Source of the DNA: an uncultured virus (IMG/VR IMGVR_UViG_3300045926_000127)
Taxonomy: Duplodnaviria; Heunggongvirae; Uroviricota; Caudoviricetes
DNA length: 64,000 bases
Direction: 5' to 3' (one strand)
IMG/VR virus record: IMGVR_UViG_3300045926_000127
The notes beneath the pieces were generated by a model that saw nothing but the letters and a program-made list of their open reading frames with translations, was not told the DNA's origin and did not search any database. Both the position numbers and the translations under genes were made by a program. Positions 36,501 through 45,590 of this stretch are shown in pieces (within the stretch, counting starts at the first letter, position 1; each line of letters starts with the position of its first letter).

Positions 36501-37443
36501 GTACCGCGCCGTTTGCGCGTTGTCCCGAAACACTGCCGCCACCGCCGCCGTAGTTTCCGCCCGCGCCGCCGGTGCCAGTTTGCGGCGTTGTCGTGCCTGA
36601 CGTTCCACCCGATGCACCACCGCCGCCACCCGCTCCCGCTTGCGCGCTATCGGATGTCTGCACCCAACTCGAGACATTGCCGAGGTCGCCGCCCGCGCCA
36701 CCGGCCAGCACAAGCACGCCCGTCGTTGCACTCGAACCCGAGCCTTGGCCGCCGCCGCCCACTGATCCGGGGTTGCCAGTTGCGCCGCCTCCGGTGCCGC
36801 CGCCGGTGCCGCCTGTGCCGTGGCCGCCATCGCCACCGCCCGCGTTGCCGACAACATCGCCGCCCGCCGTTGATGATCCGCCGTTGCTTCCGCCGCCGCC
36901 GCAACCACCAGCTACGCCGGTGGCCCCCGAGCCGTTGCCGCCGCGTTGCCCCGCGCCTGTCGGGCCGCCCGCTCCGCCTCCGCCTCCGCCTCCTCCGTTG
37001 GCTGCGCCGCTGTTGCCGCCGTTGCCGCCCGCGTTTGTTGTGCGCGTGTAAGTAACAGGCGAGGGCGAACCATTCGTCGCGCCAGTGCCGCCGGTGCCGA
37101 CAGCGCCCGGGTTAACCGTGCCCTTGAGTCCGGCCGTTGCCTGATAGGAATTTGTGTTTGTGGTGTTGAGCCAGTAGGTCGAGAACGCCACCGCACTCGA
37201 TGTGCTCGTGCAATTTGCGAAAACCTCGAACGGCGTTGTCGATCCAAGCGAGCCGGAAGGATTCGTGAGTGCGGAATAACCACCAGCGCCGCCGCCGCTG
37301 CCCGCCTTGTTGCTTGCACCAGTTGCGCCCGGCCCACCTTCACCGCCCGCACCGACCAACTCGACCTGATGCCCAGCATCGGCCCAGTCGCCGGGACGAC
37401 TCCACGGCGAGGTGCTTGAAGCGATAAGAAAGACGGTTGTCAT
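33526..37443 (-). CDS. 1305-aa Gly/Ala-rich repetitive virion fibre-like protein
   Basis: Gly-rich N-terminal domain then about 44 copies of a ~21-aa A.F.GVGSLSA repeat (hand count). Confidence 0.8.
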   Translation of the reverse strand: MTTVFLIASSTSPWSRPGDWADAGHQVELVGAGGEGGPGATGASNKAGSGGGAGGYSALTNPSGSLGSTTPFEVFANCTSTSSAVAFSTYWLNTTNTNSYQATAGLKGTVNPGAVGTGGTGATNGSPSPVTYTRTTNAGGNGGNSGAANGGGGGGGGAGGPTGAGQRGGNGSGATGVAGGCGGGGSNGGSSTAGGDVVGNAGGGDGGHGTGGTGGGTGGGATGNPGSVGGGGQGSGSSATTGVLVLAGGAGGDLGNVSSWVQTSDSAQAGAGGGGGASGGTSGTTTPQTGTGGAGGNYGGGGGSVSGQRANGAVLTPGQGAGGLIVIFYTVSGPTGQATLEGVGSLSALSRQNQTGSSRLNGVGALSASAAQRQVIAARFNGAGSLSGMWLAPQKQGAATFTGVGSLSANVTIKFKLGIADLDGVGSLRALATQRQLAVADFDGVGSLRCNAAIGAAPEITTDDWGGIGGYPIGSLPIAGTEKPPVAQIVILTGAGSLSIQAVVVTGGVQTGQATFAGVGSLRASAALRMVAVADFDGVGALSVQTQKSKTATATFNGTGSLSALANLRQVAVADFDGVGSLSALATAAQSARAELLDAVGSLSASASLAQSAAADFDGVGSLSALAIVVGGVTAWPGEAKLEGVGSLSALASSAMQAFARFDGVGSLSIQARQAQTAAAELLDAVGGMSVSAKVGHGARATFGGVGSFSALAVARRGAVADFDGVGSLSTAASLNQSARATFNGVGSLSAEAIQASTASGAATFNGEGSLAALMTANQQAVADFDGAGSLAALATAVLPAVADFDGVGSLAALAQIRTTGAVRFNGVGSLAASARQALPATARFNGVGSFSAAVVLRAAGIADFDGAGSLAAAVVNRTVASARFSGAGSLFATTTSVQQASARFNGVGDLSVEAVQAGIAIGAARFTGVGSLFATTTSAQQAAAELLDARGGLAASARLNQQGRAELLDALGGMAVEALVFSPASARFAGSGSLSALAALARPAAAELLDAVGGLSAATQQAHAAQVRFGGVGSLSALLQAAGSQATFAGVGSLSASARANLAAVADFDGVGSLSALAVVQQGQVQTIAATFAGAGALSAAARVNAVASARFNGVGSFSALSLFGSQATFAGAGAMSVATAQVMRAAAELLDAVGGLSALATVNQRAAAELLDAVGGMSVDTAKYKTAAVSFSGVGNLSARATKVADIRMAGVGGMSVLVRQRHAASVLLAGEGVLSSYVNMRGVVLVRFGGTGAMAADATVGGLAAARPIAPRGNVFADTNRTRPSRNDARQSTRVTNRAKQR

Positions 37444-37856
37444 GTGTAGCAGATCGCTTCGAGGTCGAGTGCTCTAGGTCTATTCCAAGTCTGGCGTGAT
37501 CGCCACGCGCGAATGGCCTCCCGCTTTTCAGGATCGTTGCTGCTCTCGTTGGCCTTGACGAATTCCTCGACCGCGATCTCGCCGAGGCGGATCACGAACG
37601 GGATATCATTCCACGCGATAGGCTCATGCACGCGCTTGTCGATGCCGGGCACAAGGCAGAGAAACTCACCCGCGCGCACATGATGCTTGAAGCGGCTTCG
37701 ATGCGTCACCACCACTCGCACGCCGCCATAGCTGTCGAGGATTCCGCCGATCCGGCTCGGCTTCGGATCGCGCTGAATGCAACGCTGGTTTCCGCCGCCC
37801 TTGCACTCGACCTTTCCCTCGCATGCGGGACAGTCGGGGCGAAAGCGCATGTTCAT
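37440..37856 (-). CDS. Hypothetical protein
   Basis: Coupled ORF with N-terminal Cys cluster. Confidence 0.6.
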   Translation of the reverse strand: MNMRFRPDCPACEGKVECKGGGNQRCIQRDPKPSRIGGILDSYGGVRVVVTHRSRFKHHVRAGEFLCLVPGIDKRVHEPIAWNDIPFVIRLGEIAVEEFVKANESSNDPEKREAIRAWRSRQTWNRPRALDLEAICYT

Positions 37857-38554
37857 TAGAACACCGCGAACATTCGATGTGTCGCTGACGGTGGGCCGCC
37901 ACCGGTATCCTTCTTGAAGGAGGCCAAGCCCAGAACCGTCGATGCCCCGCCAGTGGATGTCGTCCAGCTTGGCTGTACCGAGGCGGTTGACGCCACGAGG
38001 TCCGATGCCAGTCCGACGCCAATTGTATTAGTCGCTGTGCCGCTCGCTGGATTGCTGTCGAGCGTAAACGGCGAACCCACGCCGATGGTCGTGCTGCCGT
38101 TCGTCAGCGCAAACCAAGCAAGCACCAACTCGTCGGCTTGTGCGAGTGTGCCGCTGGCAGGCCCAACAAACGGCGTGGCAATATCGTTAAGCACGGTCGT
38201 TGGATTTACGTCCAGCGGCGAGGCCGCGAACACACCTTCATAGACCGCCGCGAACATTGCAACGTCCGCGCCGCTCGCAGTTACCGCAGCGGAAACCTGC
38301 GTCAGCGTTCCAGCAGATGTCGCGACGACCCAGAAAGTTGCGGCAGTCGCATTGCCAGCGTCGTCGGCATCCAGTGCGTTGTAGGTATGTCCGAGGTTAT
38401 CGGTGACGCCTGTTGCCGTCATTGTGTTGCGTTCGGCAACACAGACAAAGATCAGATCGCCAACAGCCACCGACACCGAGCCCGTTGCATTGAACGGGTT
38501 TGTGATCGACCCGGCAGCCCCGGTCAGAACTCCCTTGAGAGCACCGAAGGCCAT
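37856..38554 (-). CDS. Putative virion structural protein (beta-rich, Thr/Ser/Ala-rich)
   Basis: Composition and position. Confidence 0.65.
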   Translation of the reverse strand: MAFGALKGVLTGAAGSITNPFNATGSVSVAVGDLIFVCVAERNTMTATGVTDNLGHTYNALDADDAGNATAATFWVVATSAGTLTQVSAAVTASGADVAMFAAVYEGVFAASPLDVNPTTVLNDIATPFVGPASGTLAQADELVLAWFALTNGSTTIGVGSPFTLDSNPASGTATNTIGVGLASDLVASTASVQPSWTTSTGGASTVLGLASFKKDTGGGPPSATHRMFAVF

Positions 38555-38557
38555 TCA

Positions 38558-39220
38558 TCAGTACCCCTTGGAGTAGGCCACCACGTCCCACTTGTTGTCG
38601 GTCGCGTTGTAGATGCAACCGATGTAATCGGTCTTGCCGCTCACCGTCTGCGTCAAGGCGGTGATGTCGCTCCCGAAACGAAAGCCTCCCGTGCCGGTGT
38701 TGAGCGACAGCGTGCGTGCGCCGCCGCTCGCGAAATGCCTGATGATAATTTTCTGGCCGTTCACTGGATTTGTCGGTTGGGCGATGGTGCGATCCCCCGC
38801 CGCGCTCAGGATGAATTGCCCGCCCGCGCTCGCATCGAGTGCCGGTGTCGCCCCATCGGTCAGCGTCACCACATTGTCGAACGTCGCATCGTCATAACTG
38901 ATGTACCAAGTTGTGGTCGCCAGCCGGTAGATCGCCTGAAATGTCTTGCCCGCCACCATGGTCGCGGGAGCATTCGCGCCAACGCTCTGTCCGGTGTTCG
39001 GCGAAATGGTCAGCGCAATGATCGCGCGCTGAAATTTGATATCGACAATTTGCCCGTCGAAAGGATCGGCGCACATTTGCACGGTGAGCGCCGCGAGCGT
39101 CGTTGCCGGATTGATGACGACATTCCAGTCACTGTTCGCCAGCACCACCGTGCCGCCGGTCGTTGGCGTCTGATAGCTATAGTTTTCGTTGATAATTGCG
39201 CCGGTGAGACCCTGCGTCAT
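38558..39220 (-). CDS. Putative fibre-associated structural protein
   Basis: TLTDGAT.A.DAS...G.RT...PTN...GQ...G.RTL...DYIG.IYN...WDVVA. Confidence 0.65.
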   Translation of the reverse strand: MTQGLTGAIINENYSYQTPTTGGTVVLANSDWNVVINPATTLAALTVQMCADPFDGQIVDIKFQRAIIALTISPNTGQSVGANAPATMVAGKTFQAIYRLATTTWYISYDDATFDNVVTLTDGATPALDASAGGQFILSAAGDRTIAQPTNPVNGQKIIIRHFASGGARTLSLNTGTGGFRFGSDITALTQTVSGKTDYIGCIYNATDNKWDVVAYSKGY

Positions 39221-40392
39221 AGGAATTGCCCCCCGGTTTCAAGCGTGCCGGGTGTACTGCCGGGCAAATTGCTCGGCGCGGTAAACGCACCGATGACGCC
39301 ATTTGTGTATGCGCGGAAGCGCTTCCCGGTCACCGCAAAGCCCGTGAACGAGTCGAAATACCAAACGGTGCAACCATCACCTGCCACCGCGCCAGCGCTG
39401 GTGAAATTGAGCGCCGCGCTCAGAGCCCATGTCCCTTCGCCATAAAGGAAGGATGCGCCCGGCCAATTGTCGTCTGGACCGATGGCAAGATACATCGCGC
39501 GCATACCCGTCGCGCCGACTGCGATGGTGTTGCTTCCGGCCACCCGCATCAAGCCGCCGTTCTGGCAGACAAAGCCGTGCGGGTTTGTCGGGTTTGACGA
39601 GAAGTCGAGGTGAACGGATTGCGCCAAACCGATGCCGCCATACGCCGCGACAAAAACCTCTGCTTGCGTTGAGACCTTCACGCAGTCGAGGCCGACTGCC
39701 GACGCAGTGTTTTTGAAAGTGCATTGATCGAAGATAATTCCAGTGCTGGTCGCCAGCGTCACCCACATGAGTGCCGGGAAATTCACTTCAGTAATAACAA
39801 AGTCGGTCTTGGTCGTGGTGTTGCCGCGAATGACGAACAAGCCGCCACCGAAATAGCCGCCGAGATTGAGCACACCTGCATAGGTGCCCGCATCCTTCAT
39901 GATGAGGTCTACGCGGAAGCCGCCGAAATTCAGGAAGTCGCGGATGTAGTTGTTCGCCCGCGTCAGCGTTTGCCACGGCGTCGCGCTCGATCCGTCACCC
40001 GTCACATCATTGCCGCTCCCCGAGACGTAGAACTGCTCGTCGGCGGTGAGCGTGCGCCGAAGCTGCGATGTCTGATCCGCCCACGCGATCCTGTCCGCTG
40101 GCTGTGTGAGGAAGACATCCTTGGTGCCAGCAGAGAAGCTGACCAGCGCGTCCGCATTCGAGGATGAAAGCACCTGCGTGCGGGTGAGAGTGTTTGCGCC
40201 GTCGCTTGTGGCGACGCCTATTTCCCACTCATTCGCCGTGCGGTGCTGGATGCAGTACCAGACCGTGCTACCGCTCACACAGACCGCCGAAAACGTCCGA
40301 TAGCCCTGTGGCGCAACACCGCTCAGGGTGATCGGACCAGTTCCAGTCGAGGTCGTGCTATCGCGAACGCGATCCTTGATGACCAGTGTCAC
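39217..40392 (-). CDS. Fibre/spike-like protein with beta-helix-like C-terminus
   Basis: DRVRD.TTSTGTG.ITLSG N-terminal anchor; YVSGSGND..GDGS...PW.T motif. Confidence 0.7.
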   Translation of the reverse strand: MTLVIKDRVRDSTTSTGTGPITLSGVAPQGYRTFSAVCVSGSTVWYCIQHRTANEWEIGVATSDGANTLTRTQVLSSSNADALVSFSAGTKDVFLTQPADRIAWADQTSQLRRTLTADEQFYVSGSGNDVTGDGSSATPWQTLTRANNYIRDFLNFGGFRVDLIMKDAGTYAGVLNLGGYFGGGLFVIRGNTTTKTDFVITEVNFPALMWVTLATSTGIIFDQCTFKNTASAVGLDCVKVSTQAEVFVAAYGGIGLAQSVHLDFSSNPTNPHGFVCQNGGLMRVAGSNTIAVGATGMRAMYLAIGPDDNWPGASFLYGEGTWALSAALNFTSAGAVAGDGCTVWYFDSFTGFAVTGKRFRAYTNGVIGAFTAPSNLPGSTPGTLETGGQFL

Positions 40393-40437
40393 GGCACCCT
40401 CCCGCGCTCTTCACGCAACGAGCCCGCGCCGCAAACT

Positions 40438-40836
40438 TTAGAACAGCGTTATGAGCAACGAGCCCGCGCCGATCACCAGCGTATCGCCCGTAAGCACAGT
40501 GCGCGCCGTGAGGAGCGTGCCGTACCAAAGCAGTGTGCCGGAATTGATCGAGGCCGTGTCGTAAAGCATGAGCCCTTGGATCGCGGCCGAAGAGGAGAAA
40601 GGCCCGAACGTCATCGCCGCCGTATTGGAGGCGGAGCCCGCCGGGGAGGCCGCCGCTCCGAAGAGTGCGGTTTGCCGGAGATAGCCGGAGTTGGCTTGCA
40701 CTTCCGGCGACCCGGTAATGCTGGTCGGCGTCCCGAGGCACAAGGCCGCGAAGCGACCGGGCGGTTGCGTCGCCGCCGCACCACCGAGGTTCCAGTCCAA
40801 CATCAACTTCATATTTGGCGCGCCGATATTTGCCAT
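40438..40836 (-). CDS. Small structural (fibre-base) protein
   Basis: EV....GY.RQ...F....SN...TF...LYD....G.LL.YG.L. Confidence 0.7.
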   Translation of the reverse strand: MANIGAPNMKLMLDWNLGGAAATQPPGRFAALCLGTPTSITGSPEVQANSGYLRQTALFGAAASPAGSASNTAAMTFGPFSSSAAIQGLMLYDTASINSGTLLWYGTLLTARTVLTGDTLVIGAGSLLITLF

Positions 40837-40858
40837 GACCTTGCCCTTTCCCTCTTTC

Positions 40859-41569
40859 CTACTTTGCCCAACCCACTAGCCATGTCGTCGGCTGCGGGCG
40901 GTTCTCGGTGATCGCTAACAGTAGCACACCCATAGGCAACGCGAACAAGAACGGAAAATCCTTCGGGTCTGGCGGTGCTGGCTGGATCAGACTCAAGTGA
41001 TGCGTCTCCTTGAATCGCGACGCGACTATATTGTGAATTGCTGGATTAAAAAAGTCGTGACATTCGACGATCAGATCGCTTTTCGCCAGCGCGGGACAGC
41101 GCGCCGGGTCGAGCAACTCCACTTCGCCGCCTTCGACATCGACAATGTAGAGCCGCCGAGGCTCGCCGCGGTCGAGCTCCTCCGGCTTGCGGCAACCAAC
41201 CAGCACGGCCACGCGCTCGGCGACGCCGTTGATGTGCGCATTCTCAAGGCAAAGCCGGAGCGAGCGTGGGTCGATATCGGCCGCGACAATGCGCGCTTCC
41301 GGCATCATGCGGGCCATCCCGACCGCATAGAAGCCGTCCGAGCAACCGACGTTGATGATGGTTCGCGGGCGCCGAGCGGCGGCCATTTCGAGATACGGGT
41401 GCAATTCCCGCTCGTAGCTCCCGGTCAGCTTGGTCGCATAATTGCCGTCCTTCCACACGGCATTGTCCCGCATTTTCATACCGGCGAACGGCCCGGCCGC
41501 GACGGTATCCTTGAGCATGGCTCCGATCTTGCCGTTCACCCGCTCGGCAACGCTCGGCGCTTCACTCAT
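40859..41569 (-). CDS. SAM-dependent methyltransferase (FkbM-like)
   Basis: GSYERE...INVGCSDGFYAVG...DVEGGE. Confidence 0.8.
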   Translation of the reverse strand: MSEAPSVAERVNGKIGAMLKDTVAAGPFAGMKMRDNAVWKDGNYATKLTGSYERELHPYLEMAAARRPRTIINVGCSDGFYAVGMARMMPEARIVAADIDPRSLRLCLENAHINGVAERVAVLVGCRKPEELDRGEPRRLYIVDVEGGEVELLDPARCPALAKSDLIVECHDFFNPAIHNIVASRFKETHHLSLIQPAPPDPKDFPFLFALPMGVLLLAITENRPQPTTWLVGWAK

Positions 41570-42299
41570 ACTTGCCCGCCTCGGGATAGGCTTTGACCAA
41601 TTGGTCCCACATATTCTTTGTGCCCCGGATATAGCGCGACTCGGAAGCCAGCCGCACGCGCCGCCCGATATCGTCGCCGTTGATCACCTTCGGCCAGTTG
41701 AATATTCCGTGAAATCCGAACTGTCGCTCCTCCGGCTTCGGCGGCACACACTCGAAACTAAAAGCGCTGGCGACATCGCCCGGCGCCCACACGAAGCCGT
41801 AGCGCTCTTGCAAGGTCGGCCGATACTTCCGGCATAGCTGGTCGTCGTCCCAAGCATTGACGCACGGGAATATCGCGCGCCGATCTCGCACGAAGCGCAT
41901 AAGCGCCGTCGAGCGCAAGGAGAAGCCGCCGTTACCGACATTCAAGCCGTCGGTGTACCACCATGGCGCGCCGATATAGTCGTAGCGCTCGAAGTCCGCG
42001 CGCCACATGCCGGGATCGACCACCCACGAATCCCACTGGATCACCAGCATGTGCGAGGTCCGGACATGGAGCGGCACCTCGTTCCAGAGGAAGCGCGACC
42101 AGCCCTCCTTGGTCGGCCAGTCCTCGACCTTAACCACGCGGCTGATGTCATGGAACATGCCCGGCCGGTCGGTGAAGGTGATCACGTCGCCGAAGAAAAC
42201 CTTTGACACGCACGCATCGAGCGCGAGCCGCGCAAGCTTATGCTCTCGCGTCTCGATCATAATCAGCGTGACGTTCGGTAGCTCAAGAAGCCCGCTCAT
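41562..42299 (-). CDS. DUF5672-like putative glycosyltransferase
   Basis: LVIQWD...YDYIGAPW...VGNGGFSLRS...FGFHG. Confidence 0.8.
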   Translation of the reverse strand: MSGLLELPNVTLIMIETREHKLARLALDACVSKVFFGDVITFTDRPGMFHDISRVVKVEDWPTKEGWSRFLWNEVPLHVRTSHMLVIQWDSWVVDPGMWRADFERYDYIGAPWWYTDGLNVGNGGFSLRSTALMRFVRDRRAIFPCVNAWDDDQLCRKYRPTLQERYGFVWAPGDVASAFSFECVPPKPEERQFGFHGIFNWPKVINGDDIGRRVRLASESRYIRGTKNMWDQLVKAYPEAGKYE

Positions 42300-42613
42300 G
42301 CGTTGAACCTCATCCCAAACCTTAGCTTGCCGGGCGCGAGCGAGAATGTCTCGCGCGCTTTGAGATCGACCGGCGCCTCTAGCTCGCAGCATAGGAAGGG
42401 CTCGTGCGCGCCGTCGCGATAACATGCAATGGCTCTGATCTTGCCCCATGCCGCGCGCGCTGGCCGCCAATAGACCGACATCACATTGACGAAGGTGATC
42501 GGAAAGTCGCCGAGTTCGGCGACTCGGAACGGAATATTACTCCCGTCGATTCGCTCGTAGCCCTCACCCGATATTTCCCGGCCGATCTCCCCGATCAGAC
42601 CAATTTTCATCAC
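42296..42613 (-). CDS. Small structural protein, distant paralog of 40438-40836
   Basis: EISGEGYERI...AWG.I pattern. Confidence 0.55.
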   Translation of the reverse strand: MMKIGLIGEIGREISGEGYERIDGSNIPFRVAELGDFPITFVNVMSVYWRPARAAWGKIRAIACYRDGAHEPFLCCELEAPVDLKARETFSLAPGKLRFGMRFNA

Positions 42614-42645
42614 CTCGGCTCCGATACTCTAGCCACTCGTCGTAG

Positions 42646-43692
42646 TTACGCGGCGGCGGCGGCGGCGGGCCTTTGCCATTTCTCCGACACCGCTTGCACC
42701 ATGCGCTCCACGCTGATGTCGCTGATACAAGCCGCGCCGGTATTTTCTTTATTCGGCACGCATGTGCTTTGATCGTTGTGCAAGCGATGGCAAGGCCAGC
42801 AAGGCACGCGTTGCGGATCTGCGTGAAGCGTCGTCGTATTGATCCAATGCTTTGTAATATTCTCGGCGCTGGCATGGGACACCATGATAATTTTGGGCAT
42901 CGGCACGAAGGCGCACGCCCATGCGGGTCCGGTATCCGGCGAGACTAGCATGTCCGCATTGACCGCGAAGGTGAGCGCCGAGCGGAGCGGCCAGCACTTC
43001 TCGCCGCTCTTTTCCGGCACAGCGCACAGCAAACCATCGAGCGAGCCGTTGGTCAGCCTGACCGTCTCGCGAATGGTCATCACCATTTCCATTTCGCGGT
43101 CGCTCGGGCCGCCCATGACCACAACCGGAATACCTAGCTCCTTGACCACCCGCGCAATGGCGAAGGTCGCGTAGGGATAGATTTTGTCGATGCGCGTGCC
43201 GCTCACGATCCAGACAATGCAGCGCCCGACCTTGCTCTTGATACGCGCGGCGAACTCCATCTCTTCGTCGGTCGGAAAGAATAGCGGGCCAAACTCATGC
43301 GGCACGCCGATGATATCGTGCACCGTTTCGAGGTAGCTCCCGCCGCACATTCTGCGGCGATAATCCTCCGGCCACCAAAAGCCGGTCATGTGCGTGAACA
43401 GCGCATGCCGCCCCTCGCATGAATGCGAGGCGTGGAGGAATAGATCGTACTCCTTCGCGCGGCTATCGAACCAGCGCTGCCACGCATTGGCGTCGCCCTG
43501 CGGCAAGTCCTTGACGTCATCCTTAATGGACAGCTTGTCCAGAAACGGGTTGTTGAAAAAGACCGAGGCATTGGTCGCCGAAGTGATGACCTCGGTCATA
43601 TAGCCGAGCCGCTTCAAGGGACGCAGCACGCTCGCGCTGATGAGGTTGTCGCCCACGCCGCCGAAGCGCGCGAGGCCCGCCCAGCGCTTCAC
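42646..43692 (-). CDS. GT9-like glycosyltransferase
   Basis: RFGGVGDNL...K.YP...VSPDTGP...CWPCHRLH. Confidence 0.8.
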   Translation of the reverse strand: MKRWAGLARFGGVGDNLISASVLRPLKRLGYMTEVITSATNASVFFNNPFLDKLSIKDDVKDLPQGDANAWQRWFDSRAKEYDLFLHASHSCEGRHALFTHMTGFWWPEDYRRRMCGGSYLETVHDIIGVPHEFGPLFFPTDEEMEFAARIKSKVGRCIVWIVSGTRIDKIYPYATFAIARVVKELGIPVVVMGGPSDREMEMVMTIRETVRLTNGSLDGLLCAVPEKSGEKCWPLRSALTFAVNADMLVSPDTGPAWACAFVPMPKIIMVSHASAENITKHWINTTTLHADPQRVPCWPCHRLHNDQSTCVPNKENTGAACISDISVERMVQAVSEKWQRPAAAAAA

Positions 43693-43955
43693 GGCCTTGG
43701 CTCCTCCGGCGGAGCAAAGTCGCCGAAGCGCGCTTCGAGCTCACATTCGGCGAAGTGCACCTTCGGCTCGTGCTGGCCCAGCATGTGCGCAAGCGCCCGG
43801 TCCTGCTCGCCGAGCGTATCGCGCAAGCGCGAGAGCGCCTCGCGGCGGAGCGCTATCGCTTCGGCCTCCGGCTTTCCCATGGCTTGCACCACCATGTCGC
43901 GGATCGCCGTCTCGATCTCATGAACGTGCGCGTCTAGCAATTGCTGATTACTCAT
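43689..43955 (-). CDS. Hypothetical protein
   Basis: GAGGA RBS, coupled. Confidence 0.55.
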   Translation of the reverse strand: MSNQQLLDAHVHEIETAIRDMVVQAMGKPEAEAIALRREALSRLRDTLGEQDRALAHMLGQHEPKVHFAECELEARFGDFAPPEEPRP

Positions 43956-43980
43956 GATCTGTCCTCGCTCGTTTTTTTGG

Positions 43981-44574
43981 TTACGCCATCGACAATTCAA
44001 CCCGCTTCGGCCGCAGCAATTGCTCGGCGTTCCACGGTAGCTGCCCCGCGATCGTTCCGACCACCACGCTCTCGCGATGCGAATACAGCGACCCGGTCAT
44101 CAGGAGGATCGCCGCTTTGATATCCTCCGGGACCGACGCGACTGGCGGCGAGTCGCCACTGATGTAGCCCGCGACATAGCGGATGCGAACCGCGTTGACC
44201 ACATCGCGCGTAGGCGGCCACTCTCCGCCAACCGCCACCACCCAGCCCGGCTCGTTCGCGGTATCGACCACATAGTCGGTGTTCTCCGTGAGCAATTGCT
44301 CGGCCCCGCTCGGCTCGTCGGCATAGAGCACGCTCATGACATATTGCAGCGGCGGGCGCGGGATGAAAATTTGCGGCTTGAACTCATCGAGCACAAGCTC
44401 GAGCGTTTGCGTGATGAAGGCCCGGCCGGTGAACTCCTCCGCATGCTTGGTCGCCGCCGCGAGGTAAGTCGAGATCAGCGCGTCCTCGTCGTCATGGTCG
44501 ACTCGCAAATGCGCCTTGGCCTCCGCCAGCGTGAGCGGGAGAGTCGCGGGAGGAGTGATCACACGCACCGCCAT
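43981..44574 (-). CDS. Head-tail connector (HK97 gp6-like)
   Basis: PLTLAEAKAHLRVDHDDED.LI...AILL....Y.HRE. Confidence 0.9.
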   Translation of the reverse strand: MAVRVITPPATLPLTLAEAKAHLRVDHDDEDALISTYLAAATKHAEEFTGRAFITQTLELVLDEFKPQIFIPRPPLQYVMSVLYADEPSGAEQLLTENTDYVVDTANEPGWVVAVGGEWPPTRDVVNAVRIRYVAGYISGDSPPVASVPEDIKAAILLMTGSLYSHRESVVVGTIAGQLPWNAEQLLRPKRVELSMA

Positions 44575-45590
44575 TAGCGCGCATCCTTGCCCGGCGCTCC
44601 GCGCTCGCCAGCCCGGCCGTCCTTGCCATCCTTGCCGTCGCGCCCGCGCTTCACCGCCAGCCGCCAGTCCTTGTTGGTTTCGGGATAAGCCTTGGTGTCG
44701 CGCTGCGCGATCCAGAAGGAGCCGCCGAACGAGACAATGTCGCCGCGCTGATAAAGCCGCCCGCCCTCATAGACGCCGCGCTCGATAGGCACTGGGAAAT
44801 TGAACGCGAACTCCTTGCGCCGCTCGCCGCGAATGAAAATAAACTTGAACGCGCGCTCACCATCATACTCGGCCTCGAATTCGTCGAAGCCGAACCCATC
44901 CTCGCCGCGAGCACCGGGCGCGCCGTCCTTGCCGTCGCGACCGGGCAGGCCCGGCAAGCCGTCGCGGCCATCTTTGCCATGCGCGCCGTCAAGACCCGGC
45001 AAGCCGCAAGCGCCGGGCAAGCCCTGTGGTCCCATTTCGCCGGGCGGGCCTTGCTCGCCGGGAGCGCCGGGAGCGCCGGGAGCGCCGGGCGCTCCTTGCG
45101 GGCCGGGAGCACCATCGGCGCCGGGCGCGCCAACCGCGCCTTGCACGCCCAGCGCACCGCGCTCTCCTTGCGGGCCTTGCTCCCCGCGCTCTCCTTGCGG
45201 GCCGCTCGCTCCTTGCTCGCCCTTCTCGCCCCTGATGCCATCCCAGCCGGGTTCACCCTTCTCGCCGCGCTCGCCCTTCTCGCCGCGCTCGCCGGGCGGG
45301 CCGGGCAAGCCTTGCAAGCCTTGCGCGCCAGCCGAGCCGAAAGGCCCCGGCGGGCCTTGCACGCCATCCATGCCGGGCTCCCCGCGCTCGCCGGGCTGGC
45401 CTTGCGGGCCAGCCTCGCCTTGCGGGCCGGGCGGGCCTTGCTCGCCGCGCTCCGGCGCCGGGCGCTTCTCAAGCGCTTCGAGGCGCACGAGGATCGGCGC
45501 GGCAATGCGCTCGACCGCGGCCTCGACGAATTTGTGAATGACCGGCGCGATGCCAGCCATCAACGCCGAGACCTCGCGGTGCTTCATCAT
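44574..45590 (-). CDS. Collagen-like protein
   Basis: About 60 uninterrupted Gly-X-Y triplets; C-terminal GD.V.FGGS.WIA...WRLAVKRGRDGKD. Confidence 0.85.
   Translation of the reverse strand: MMKHREVSALMAGIAPVIHKFVEAAVERIAAPILVRLEALEKRPAPERGEQGPPGPQGEAGPQGQPGERGEPGMDGVQGPPGPFGSAGAQGLQGLPGPPGERGEKGERGEKGEPGWDGIRGEKGEQGASGPQGERGEQGPQGERGALGVQGAVGAPGADGAPGPQGAPGAPGAPGAPGEQGPPGEMGPQGLPGACGLPGLDGAHGKDGRDGLPGLPGRDGKDGAPGARGEDGFGFDEFEAEYDGERAFKFIFIRGERRKEFAFNFPVPIERGVYEGGRLYQRGDIVSFGGSFWIAQRDTKAYPETNKDWRLAVKRGRDGKDGKDGRAGERGAPGKDAR

Noticed and set aside
44930..45450. 9-bp periodic DNA repeats
   Set aside because: Fully explained by Gly-X-Y collagen coding
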